The position numbers were made by a program, and so were the translations under genes. A stretch of DNA of 64,000 nucleotides from Guillardia theta CCMP2712. Lineage: Eukaryota > Protista > Cryptophyta. Under the pieces are notes generated by a model. The model was not told the DNA's origin. It ran no database searches and saw nothing but the letters and a program-made list of their open reading frames with translations. The stretch lies in contig NW_005434655.1 of the NCBI RefSeq assembly GCF_000315625.1, forward strand, positions 618,807 to 682,806. The letters run 5' to 3'. Below are positions 49,786-59,476 of this stretch, one piece after another. The stretch's first letter is position 1, and each line of letters opens with the position of its first letter.

Positions 49786-52580
49786 CTATCTCACGTTGCT
49801 GTTCTCCTTCACTCGCTCCGCAACCTACACCAATCATCAGCAAGACCCCAGCAGAGGGCACGATAGAGGCATTACAATCGGATGCCCTCCAGCCAAGACC
49901 GGCATCGACTTCTTGTAGGTCACCTGCAGCCCAGCTCCGACCTGCCACCTCATCATTATCATCCCAGCAAGAACCCCAGCAGGGATCTCACCTTAAGCTC
50001 GAGCTTCTGGAACACCTTCAGCTCCATGTTCTCGGCCACCACTGTGTCCGCCCCCTTGGCCTCAAGCTTCGTCCCAGGGGCGACGGAAGTGTCAGCAACC
50101 TGCAGGAGCCCCTGGACTTTGGTGGGCTTCTGCTGGTCACCCACAAGCACCATCCCCTCGCTCTTGATCCCCTTGAACTCCGCAGGCTTCAGGTTCATCA
50201 GCACGACGACGCTTCTGCTCTGCAGCTCGCTGACTTCATACTTCCCCTTGAGGCCAGCACAGACCGTCTTGACTCCCAGCTCGTCTCCAAGAAACACTTT
50301 GAGGACGTACAGGTTCTCTGCCTCTGGATGGTCCTCCACGCTATCGATCCTGCCCACACGCATGTCGCAAGGGAAGATCTCTTTCTGCTCGGTGACTGTC
50401 TTCTCAATCTTCGCATAGAGAACATCTCCCACATGGGTAGTGGTTCCAGGTTTCAGATTGTTGAAACTAGGATCGAGCTTGGGAATGCTGACCGGATTGG
50501 TTCCCAGCTTGCAGAACATCTCTAAGGAGCCGTTGGGAAGCAGAGGCTGCAGAAAGTGAGCGAGAATGTACATGGCCTCCAGCACCGATCGACAGACGAC
50601 CATCCTCTTGTGTTGCGCTTGCTCCTCTGTCACCCCGTTGGCCGGGTCGGCCTTGATGTGCCAAGGAGCCAACTCAGTAAGATACTTGTTGGTATCCTTG
50701 ACCGCTGTCAAGACAATCATGGCAGCATCCTGCAGTTGAAAGGCCTCGTAAGCTGCACATGATTCGGCGCACAGTCGGAGGAAGTCAAAGCAAGGTTCAG
50801 CTGTGACATCCGGAACCTTACCACCGCAGTACTTCTGAGTAATGTTGGTCGCTCTGTGCATCAGATTTCCAAGTGAATCGGCAAGTTCTGCATTGTGCAT
50901 AGTGGACAGACCCTCCTCTGCAAAGGGGATGTCCTGACCAAAGGGAGAGGCGTAGGCAAGGTAGAAGCGGAAAGAGTCCGAAGAGAATTTGTCTAATTGC
51001 TCATGAGGGTCAATAACATTGCCCAAGCTCTTTGACATCTTCTTGCCCTCCTTATCATTGATGAAGCCGTGAGCATACACACACTTTGGAAGGGGCATCT
51101 CGCAAGAGAATAGCATACATGGCCAGATTACACAATGGAACCAAATGATATCTTTGCCAATCAAATGAATGTTGGCGGGCCAAAAGTCACGATTTGGGCC
51201 ATCGGGCCAGTCACACCCGGTGACATAGTTGGAGAGGGCGTCAAACCAAACGTACATGACATGCTTCTTGTCTGATTTCAACGCAGGGTGCTCAGGCACA
51301 GGGATACCCCAATCAAAGTTTGTTCTAGAGACGCTGAGGTCCCTCAGGGGCTCACGCAGCTTCGCCAGGATTTCATTGCGTCTGAAGACGGGCTGAATGA
51401 AGTCTGCATTCTTCTCGATGTACGCAAGGAGGCGATCTTGATATTTAGACATGCGGAAGAAGTACGATTCTTCCGTGCGCTTTTCGAGTGGCTTTCCAGA
51501 TGAGGGATCCTTGTAATCGCTTGCTTGGGCTTCCGTTTCAGTTACGAATGTTTCTTCCCTCACATTATACCATCCTTCATAGGTATCGAGATATATATCC
51601 CCAGCATCTGCAGCCTTCAAGAACAAAAGCTGTGCAAGTTTCTTATGCTTATCCATGGTGGTTCGGATGTAGAAATCATTTGAAATTCCGAGCCTCTTAT
51701 TCAGCTCTTGGAATGCATTGGCATACTTGTCACAGATGTCAATCGGTTTCACACCAAGGTTCTCCGCAGTGTCTGCAATCTTCTGTCCGTGTTCGTCAGT
51801 TCCAGTGAGGTAGAACACTTTCCGTCCATACGCGCGATGCCACCTAGCGATGATGTCGGAGGTCACCGCCTCGTAGGCATGACCCATGTGTGGGTTTCCG
51901 TTGGTATAGTTGATGGCCGTAGTAATGTAGAATCTCTCCTCACTTGCATCCTTCGGTTTTGAAGGAGGAAGCAACGTGCGAGCAGATCGGCACCTCAGTC
52001 GTACAAGCGCGTCCTTGCAGCATTGAACCCCCGACATCATGTTGAACCACTCCTCCACTGCTGGATACTTTGACTTGTCTGCGTCGCTCAGAACACCACC
52101 AGCACCATAACCAGGGTAGAGCGCAGCCCATATGGCTACGTCAGCAAGAGATAGACTGCTGAGCAGGGGCTTCGGAGCACCCGCTGTACAAACCTTCTCC
52201 ATCTTTTCCAAAAATTTGGCAGCCTCTGACTGATGCGCAGAAGTGTCTGCGGCACCGAACGCGATGTCTGTGAACCATCCCAGTGCCGACTTGTCAAGGG
52301 CTGTTTCAGCCTGTTCCAACCACTCCTCGACCAGTTTCCCTTCACTCGCGTGATCGGGCCCAATCACCGTTTCCTTGTCGGACGCCACAGACAGGATGTA
52401 TCGGCAGATTGCGTTCGAGCCAAAGACCTCCACCGTTCCAGCACTGTAAAGAGGATAGCCTTTCAACTGCGTGCTCAACGGGACTTTATCAAAGACGACG
52501 TCTTCCTTGGTCGCCTGCACTATTGCCGCACATTTGAGAGTGTGGATGTCGTGAGCTCTGAACCTGATAGGAAAGGACAC
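49786..52580 (-). CDS. MARS: Methionyl-tRNA synthetase with N-terminal GST-like and C-terminal EMAPII/Trbp111 tRNA-binding domains; 5' exon unresolved
   Basis: FYITTAINYTNGNPHMGH (HIGH), GTDEHGQKI, YVWFDALSNY, IGKDIIWFH, KMSKS; anticodon domain LADSLGNL; OB-fold DMRVGRI..HPEAENLYVLKV..NLKPAEFKGIKSEGMVL. Two short 3' introns lead to ..GGHPI|VAERVKENSNVR*. Confidence 0.97.
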
Positions 52581-53239
52581 GTCAGAGAGATCGACCGATC
52601 ATGTGAGGTCAGGACGATGAATGTTGATTGTTTGCATGATAGTCAAATCAGAGATGCTCTAAATCCTACGATCCTTCAACCCTTCTTTCGATCCGTTGCT
52701 TCCTTAAAACAACCCGAACCAAATTTCTAGTCACTCATTCCTCTTGCCGTCATCCTGTACTTTGCCAGTGCAATGCTCTATAGAACCATTAGATTCTCGC
52801 CCTCCTGCTCTGCATCGCAACGACGTTCCCTGCATTTCGCTTACCTGATGCTTCCTTTGCTTGTTGCCATCGCTCGCCACGCGTCTGATCGAAAGCGACC
52901 CTCGCCCACCCCACCCCTCCATTTCCCGATAACTACCCTTCTTTGGGTAGGCACAAATCCCTACCAATCATATACCACCCTACCTGGCAAACAATTTTGA
53001 CCCCACCTACTCTGAAAATACGGAAATTATTACCAAATCAAGGGGTATTTTTATTGGGATAGTATGAACATTTGACAAGCGGGGTGGGTACTTTAATAAC
53101 TCAATTTCTATTCATTAGCCCCCCTTCCCTACTGATCGTTGTACTGATATCTCTTACATGTTTTTTTATTTTGTATTATTATAAATGTATATATATTTGT
53201 TAGTACCATGAACTCAGTACAATTATTGTTCTATTCCTG

Positions 53240-53900
53240 CCACTCAGTAGTTATGAGCCTGACTCAGTCGGATCGCCGTTTGGCGGCGCCGCGGGCCCCG
53301 GCGCGGCCCGGCCGGCTCACAGTCACACTTTACTCAAAGTCAGTCAGTCGCAGTGACTCAGGCCGCACTCGGAGTCACACTGGCTGACTCAGTGATTGTC
53401 CTCGTACTGATCTTTAACTTAACTTTGAGTAAAAGTAGGCTGCCATTCGGCCGCCCGGCCGGAATCATGGCATCCGTGATGGCCGCGCAGTCGCGGCCAG
53501 TCGGATCGGGCAGTGACTCTGACGGATCAGACTCTGTCAACGGGTTCGCCGGGTCGCCCCCGCGCGGCCGCGGCCCGGCCGCGGGGCAACAGTGAAACGC
53601 CGGGTTCCGTGTTCGGTTCCGGGGCCCGGCGACAGGCTCAGTGGCCCAGGCCGCCGGAGCCAGGCCCGGTCAGTGTACCGGGCCCGGGCCGGTGGCAGGC
53701 TCGGCCCGGCACTGAACGGTGATAGGACCGCCGGACGCGGTGCGGCTGCCGGCCGGTCTGGGCCGGCCAGGGACTCCGGGAGCCGCGGGCCCGGGCCGTG
53801 CGGCCCGGCCCCCGGTGCGGCCGCCCACAGCCCGCCCGGCCGCCGCGCTCGCCGCAGTGGGCGGCCGCGGGGCCGCGTGGCGCGGCCGGCCACCGAATAT
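53240..53900. promoter_or_regulatory. GC-rich quasi-palindromic intergenic block with clustered TGACTCA motifs upstream of MetRS
   Basis: TGACTCA at 53260, 53354 and 53385; dense GGCCCGG/CCGGGCC/GCGGCC words; same style as blocks at about 13730-14110, 27680-27760, 30600-31030, 41290-41345 and 58430-58800. A regulatory role is inferred from position only. Confidence 0.45.
53393..53436 (+). repeat. Copy 3 of the dispersed ~40-bp element, with an inverted 12-bp half-site at 53329-53340
   Basis: TGATTGTCCTCGTACTGATCTTTAACTTAACTTTGAGTAAAAGT; TTTACTCAAAGT (53329-53340) is the exact reverse complement of ACTTTGAGTAAA (53422-53433). Confidence 0.85.
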
Positions 53901-54211
53901 CCGTAGCCTGATCCAAGCGACGATTCCGATCCAGGCAGGATGAAAAATCAGGGCATCACTGCCGTTCTGTGATCAGTCCCAGATGGCAGTTATTACTACT
54001 AGGCTTCACTGACGCCGACTTACGTCTAGATCTGTGGTGAAACGCAGCTTGAATCTATGCAGTCTGTTGCCGGAACTTCCGAGAAGGTATATAATTTTCA
54101 ATCTCAATTGTACTAAGTTGGAATTATTTTCTGTGAAATTGAACTGTCATAGTATAGAGACGTGAAAATGTATCTGAATGGAACCCCTGATTCACTGATA
54201 CCCTTCTGTTT

Positions 54212-54243
54212 CTGATCTTTAACTTAACTTTGAGTAAAGAAGT
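54212..54243 (+). repeat. Copy 4 (5'-truncated) of the dispersed element, with an inverted half-site at 54306-54315
   Basis: CTGATCTTTAACTTAACTTTGAGTAAAGAAGT, identical to copy 3 over 27 bp; TTTACTCAAA lies downstream. Confidence 0.8.
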
Positions 54244-54763
54244 TAGCTAGCTTCTGTTTCGTTGTGTGGAGGCCGGAGGCTGTAAGGCCCGCCTACTCGA
54301 AGGAGTTTACTCAAATATACTCGAAATAATTTCAAGCAGATCGAATCTTGAAGGGCAAGTAAAAATTGTTTCCGAAATCTCTGGATGAATCATGAATAAT
54401 CTCTACTCCAAATTGAACATGACTTAAACTGAATACGAAATCGTTTTGAAATCCTTGATTGCGGAGGGATGCACCGATGATTCCTCGTGACCGGCTGGTA
54501 GAAATTGAAAGCACCTCTTTTCAGTTATCAAAAAGGAGTACTTCCCCCAGAACAGGTTATCAGCGATCAAAGAGGGCATAAAACCAGGATGGTGGGGTAC
54601 TTTTCCGCAGAATATCACGGGTACCTTATTGCGGAGTTCCGGTCCGTGACAGCTTTGCATGTGACCATGTGACGAGAAAAGGTTTCGGACCCTTTATTAC
54701 CCTCCTGTCCTCTCCTTGAGCCAGCTGTTCTCGAGTCACACGTAAGCGCCAAGACCCAGTATA

Positions 54764-54790
54764 GTTCTCGTTCTCGTTCTCGTTCTCGTT

Positions 54791-54823
<33 letters not shown>

Positions 54824-55050
54824 CTCGTCCTCCTCGTCCTCCTCGTCCTCGTCCTCGTCCTCCTTGTCCTCCTCGTCCTCCTCGTCCTCGTCCTCCTGGT
54901 CCTCCTCGTCCTCCTCGTCCTCCTCGTCCTCGTCCTCGTCCTCCTCGTCCTCCTCGTCCTCCTCGTCCTCCTCGTCCTCCTCGTCCTCCTCGTCCTCCTC
55001 GTCCTCCTCGTCCTCCTCGTCCTCCTCGTCCTCCTCGTCCTCCTCGTCCT
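54764..55050. repeat. (TCCTCG)n/(TCCTCCTCG)n low-complexity tandem repeat
   Basis: Seen directly; it produces spurious poly-S, poly-EDE and poly-RT ORFs. Confidence 0.95.
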
Positions 55051-56392
55051 CTCCCAACTTCTCCTGTTGTTATCCATTTCTGTCAGCTTTCGAGGCAAAG
55101 TATTCGATCCAGCTCAGCCACTACGTACGACAGTCGTCAACGTATCTTTACACATTCTACAGTGGATGTCACTTGCATCCAGCGTTACTATCAAGCTCCA
55201 AGAAAACTTTTCACTTCAGTTTCCCTCAACTGAAAACTCTTCGGAGGATGAATCAGAAAGCAATGTCTTGTACAATGAATTCGACGAAACTCGCCTGGCT
55301 GGATTGTCCGAAGAAACCTTAAAACGTGTTAGGTGTCTGCAAAACTCGATTGGGCTGATACTGCGGCTCCATGATCAAGCAAAGAGGAGTGGACTTCCAA
55401 CAAGGTTGCCTAGTGTCAGTGATAGTTCGTAAGTATTAGTTTATGTGATCTAATTTGAGACAACATTTGTACATTAATTTATGACAAACTCGACAAGTTT
55501 CTTGTTTGCTCGTCTGCACGTGAGAGGAATTTTGATTACTCTACTTGTTTCAGATCCCATGCAGCAGAAGAGCGTGTTCGTTGATCCCGTACCATGCTAG
55601 CAGCTGTTGGGTTCACTTCTATACACGATTGACACAACTTGTTCCCAAGGAAGGTTTCGCTCAAGGTCGCGAGGCTCGTATGTCAGTGTTGAGCGGTTGA
55701 AGCTCAACCTTGGAAGAAGCAATCTTGCAAAAAGCTCTGTTAAACAGTTGCATGTTTTACAGAAAGAGCCTAGTCTAAGTGATGAACATTACTGCTGCTG
55801 ACATCAGTCGCGGCGCGCGGTCCTCCTCCAGCAACGTCGATCAGCTGATGACGCCATTTTGCTTGTCGCGTGCGTGCGTGCAGTCGTCATTGCAGCAGCC
55901 AGGTCTCCACCCCTTGATATCTGCGGCTCCCCGGATGGAACAGGGCCCGGTAGCTTCATCACGATGGGATGTAACTCCAAATCTGCGATGGAACTTCAGC
56001 ATCAAACTACAGGTGCTCAAGAGAGAATTGACATCTTGTCGGAGGATTCTTATTTCTCGAGTTCGACTTTCTTTCTCACACGACTCTTTACCTTCGAGTA
56101 GCTGTTCATCGCATCGGAATGACAGTGTCGTTCTTGAAGGCCGTGATATTGCGCAGTTCGACTGTTTGATTGCTCTGCCATGATCTTTCAATACTACTAC
56201 TACGTGACACTTCAATGACTGCAACCACGCAAGCGACGGCAGGCACGATAAGCAAGGGAACAAGGATCAGGACGAAGAGCAGTAGCGCAAGGCTCCTGTG
56301 AGGAGGACCGGGCAAGACCCATGCGAGAGCGTTACTGCCGCATTTGCCCTCACCCAAAAGCGAAATTATACGATTAAATTTGAAATATAAAC

Positions 56393-58435
56393 ATGCATTT
56401 GAAAATGGTTCCTAGCTGGCAGAAGCCGTCGGATCAAAGACAGCGAGGAATGAAGCGGCAACGCAGGAACGGAGGGAACGAGGAGGAGGAGGAGGAGGAG
56501 GCTGCAGCTGCCAAACGCATCAAACGACTGAAACCAAGCGATGAAGGCTTCTGGAATACTGTCAAGATATGTAGAGGCCACACTGACGAGGTATCCAGCG
56601 TTGCCTGCTCTCCTGGAGGGGACTGGATTGTATCAGGTTCTTGGGACAAGACAGTGAGGATCTGGGACCAAAGAAGCCTAGAAGAGATCTGTTGCATGAA
56701 AGGTCATGCACAGCGAGTGACTTGTGTCGCATGGATCGGAGATCCAACAAGAGAGGTTGTCGCGTCTGCTTCTGAGGATGGTACAATCAGGACGTGGGAG
56801 ATGAGTGGAAGAGAGTTGAAACGTTTCGAGGGACATACAGGCAGTGTCACAAGTATTTCATGTTCCCCCATCTTCCTGGATAGGTTTGCCTCAGCGTCTG
56901 AGGACATGACAGTGAGGATATGGGGGATAAGCAGTGGAAAGCAAATCAATATTTGCAGAGGACATACAGACAAGATAACAAGCGTTGCATGGTCACCACA
57001 TGGGCATCGAATTGCGTCGAGTTCCATGGATGATACGGCGAGGATATGGTGTGTATCGTCTGGGCATGAAATAACTCGCTATCAAAGAGGCCAGTCCTTC
57101 TTTACCATGCTGTTTTCAGCATTCAAAGCCTCTCCCAAGGCTGATCGATCAACTTCACCCTCGGGAATCATGAGCGTAGCATGGTCGCCGTGCGGAATGA
57201 TAATAGCCTCGGGATGTTCGGACAAGACAATCAGGTTATGGAGTGCGGCAATGTCCACAGAGTTATATCGCTGTGAGGGACACACAGGTTTGGTCACGGG
57301 TCTCGCATGGTCCAAGAATGGGGATCTGATCTCTGGTTCTGATGACGGCTCAGTGAGGATATGGAAAAGACAACCCTCGTTACTGTTCTCGCAATGGGAA
57401 CAACTTCTTTGCGGTCAGAATTCGAATTCTGCTCCAGTGAACAGCGTTGATTGTTCACCTAATGGACTGAGCATCGTCTTGGGCTCCCGTGACAAGACAG
57501 TGAGAATATGGCAGCAAGATTGTTGGAAAATTCTACAAAGCTATAAAGTGCACTCTGACCGAGTTGCAAGCGTCGCATGCTCCCCAGATGGAAAGATGAT
57601 TGCCACTGGATCTTGGGATAAGACGATGCGGACATTCAATCTGACTGGCACGAAACTTCACGCACAAAAGCTCTATCAAGGACATGCCGGGTATGTCAGG
57701 AGTGTCGCATGGTCTCCATGTGGAAAGCTGATTGCCTCGGGCTCGGAGGACAAGATTATCAGTCTATGGAGCAGCGGGAGCAACCCTGGCAAAGTCAGAG
57801 ACTTGATAGGACATCAAGAGCCGATCACAAGCGTCGCTTGGTCTCCGGATGGAGCTCTGCTTGCATCAGGGTCCTGGGACATGACTCTGAGGCTGTGGGA
57901 GGTCAGCAGCGGCTCGGAGATCAGGTGCTTTCGAGGCCACGAACGTCGCGTCACGAGTGTCGCTTGGTCGCCAGATGGGAGAAATATCGCCACGGCTTCA
58001 TGGGATAGGACTGTGAGGATCTGGGAGGTGAGCAGCGGAAGATGTTTCAAACGCTGCTTTATCGAACTGGAGACTGCTGTCTATACCAGCGTCGCATGGT
58101 CACCAGACAGTAGGAAGATTGTAACTGGATCTGATCAAGGATCCGTAATTGTATGGGAGGTGAGCAGCATCAAGCCTTTGAAGCTCAACAACAACAGTAG
58201 AACACGTACGGCCGCTAGGATGGTGACAAGTGTTGCTTGGTCACCAGATGGAGACAAGATTGCTTCTGGATTTGAAAATGGCGTTGTGACATTGTTAGAT
58301 GTATGCTGCTGCACTACAGAGAACGTGCTTTGCATAGGCAGAGGAAATATCATGCACCTGGCATGGTCAAGTGATGGATCTCATTTCACTTGTGGGTCAG
58401 AAGACGGCACCATCACCATAATTTCGTCGGAGTGA
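56393..58435 (+). CDS. Intronless WD40 protein with 14 repeats (probable tandem 7-bladed propellers) and an N-terminal basic NLS-like segment
   Basis: 680-aa ORF; 14 repeats of consensus GH..VTSVAWSPDG..IASGSxDxTVRIW counted by eye; KRQRR..KRIKRLK near the N-terminus. Confidence 0.93.
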   Translation: MHLKMVPSWQKPSDQRQRGMKRQRRNGGNEEEEEEEAAAAKRIKRLKPSDEGFWNTVKICRGHTDEVSSVACSPGGDWIVSGSWDKTVRIWDQRSLEEICCMKGHAQRVTCVAWIGDPTREVVASASEDGTIRTWEMSGRELKRFEGHTGSVTSISCSPIFLDRFASASEDMTVRIWGISSGKQINICRGHTDKITSVAWSPHGHRIASSSMDDTARIWCVSSGHEITRYQRGQSFFTMLFSAFKASPKADRSTSPSGIMSVAWSPCGMIIASGCSDKTIRLWSAAMSTELYRCEGHTGLVTGLAWSKNGDLISGSDDGSVRIWKRQPSLLFSQWEQLLCGQNSNSAPVNSVDCSPNGLSIVLGSRDKTVRIWQQDCWKILQSYKVHSDRVASVACSPDGKMIATGSWDKTMRTFNLTGTKLHAQKLYQGHAGYVRSVAWSPCGKLIASGSEDKIISLWSSGSNPGKVRDLIGHQEPITSVAWSPDGALLASGSWDMTLRLWEVSSGSEIRCFRGHERRVTSVAWSPDGRNIATASWDRTVRIWEVSSGRCFKRCFIELETAVYTSVAWSPDSRKIVTGSDQGSVIVWEVSSIKPLKLNNNSRTRTAARMVTSVAWSPDGDKIASGFENGVVTLLDVCCCTTENVLCIGRGNIMHLAWSSDGSHFTCGSEDGTITIISSE

Positions 58436-59476
58436 CGCCGCCGCGGTGAGCCGGGCTCAGCCTCCGAGGCTCCGACTGTGACCCTGGCAAGGGCCTGGCC
58501 GTCAAACAGGCTTGTGACTTTTTTCAAGAGCCAAGTACACTGTGACTGCAGTCAGTAAAGCAAAGCCTAATTGCGCGGCCACTGATACGGGACCGGAGGC
58601 TTGCTATTGAACTTCGGAATGTCCGGCCCCACCCGTCACGGCGGGCCCTCAGTGACTACCCTAGTACCGTAGTACGCGTGACCGTGGCGGCGGGGACGCC
58701 GGCCCGGCCCGCGCCCCCCCCCTCAGCGGGACCGCGCGGCCCGGCGGCCCTTGGCGACGGGCCGCGGGCCGGGCCTCGTCAGAAGCGGCGGGCCCGGCCG
58801 GCAGTGCAAGAAGTTGAAAGGGGTGGGGTACTGTAAGGGTATGGAGGGGGTGGGGTAGTGTGGGTGAAATCCTGCCATTGAGGGATAGGGATGCCTTGGT
58901 GAATGACTGAAATCTGAGACTTGAAAAGAGGTATTTTCGATGTATTCGTTTAAAACTAGGAGGAACGAATGATTAATTTTGAGTAATTTCCAAATTTTTC
59001 AATAATTTAGACTACAAAATTGGAAATAACCTGATTAATTTCAGAATATATTTCATTTAATTTTGTTTTAAGAGCTGTTCTGAAATCGATCCTCTATATT
59101 TTATGTATAAAACCCTTCAGTACAAACTCGAGTAGAGGTACCGAGTTATTTCCAAAGATAGCGACACTTTTAAAATCTAAAACCCGGTGTCTTACAAACT
59201 CATACGAAAGATGGCCTGTGACGGGCGCTGGTGCAGGGGTACGAGGCGATGGAGGGCGCGGGGAGGGTATGAGGAAGGAAAGGATGCGATGATCTATGAT
59301 GAACAAGCTGAGGGCCATGCCGGCATGAAATCATTCAAAACTCGATGTATCTCGATTACATTGAGGGTCGACTATGAGTTCCATGATGTAGTGAGTGATT
59401 CCACCACCAATGATGACTTAGTTTGAAAGAGAGTGCTCTGTAACAGCCGCTTCCATGTTGGTCCTTACTTACTCTT

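Noticed and set aside
53260-53391. Gcn4-type amino-acid control specific to MetRS
   Set aside because: TGACTCA/TGAGTCA also occurs upstream of unrelated genes (about 7278, 13910, 30611, 30924), so it is not MetRS-specific.
53353-53943. Arg/Pro/Gly/Ala-rich ORFs in GC-rich blocks (also 13919..14440 and 30517..30817)
   Set aside because: They are open because of extreme GC content; the blocks are treated as non-coding.
54626-55057. Poly-acidic (EDE)n ORF
   Set aside because: It is a translation of a simple repeat with no supporting flanking coding sequence.
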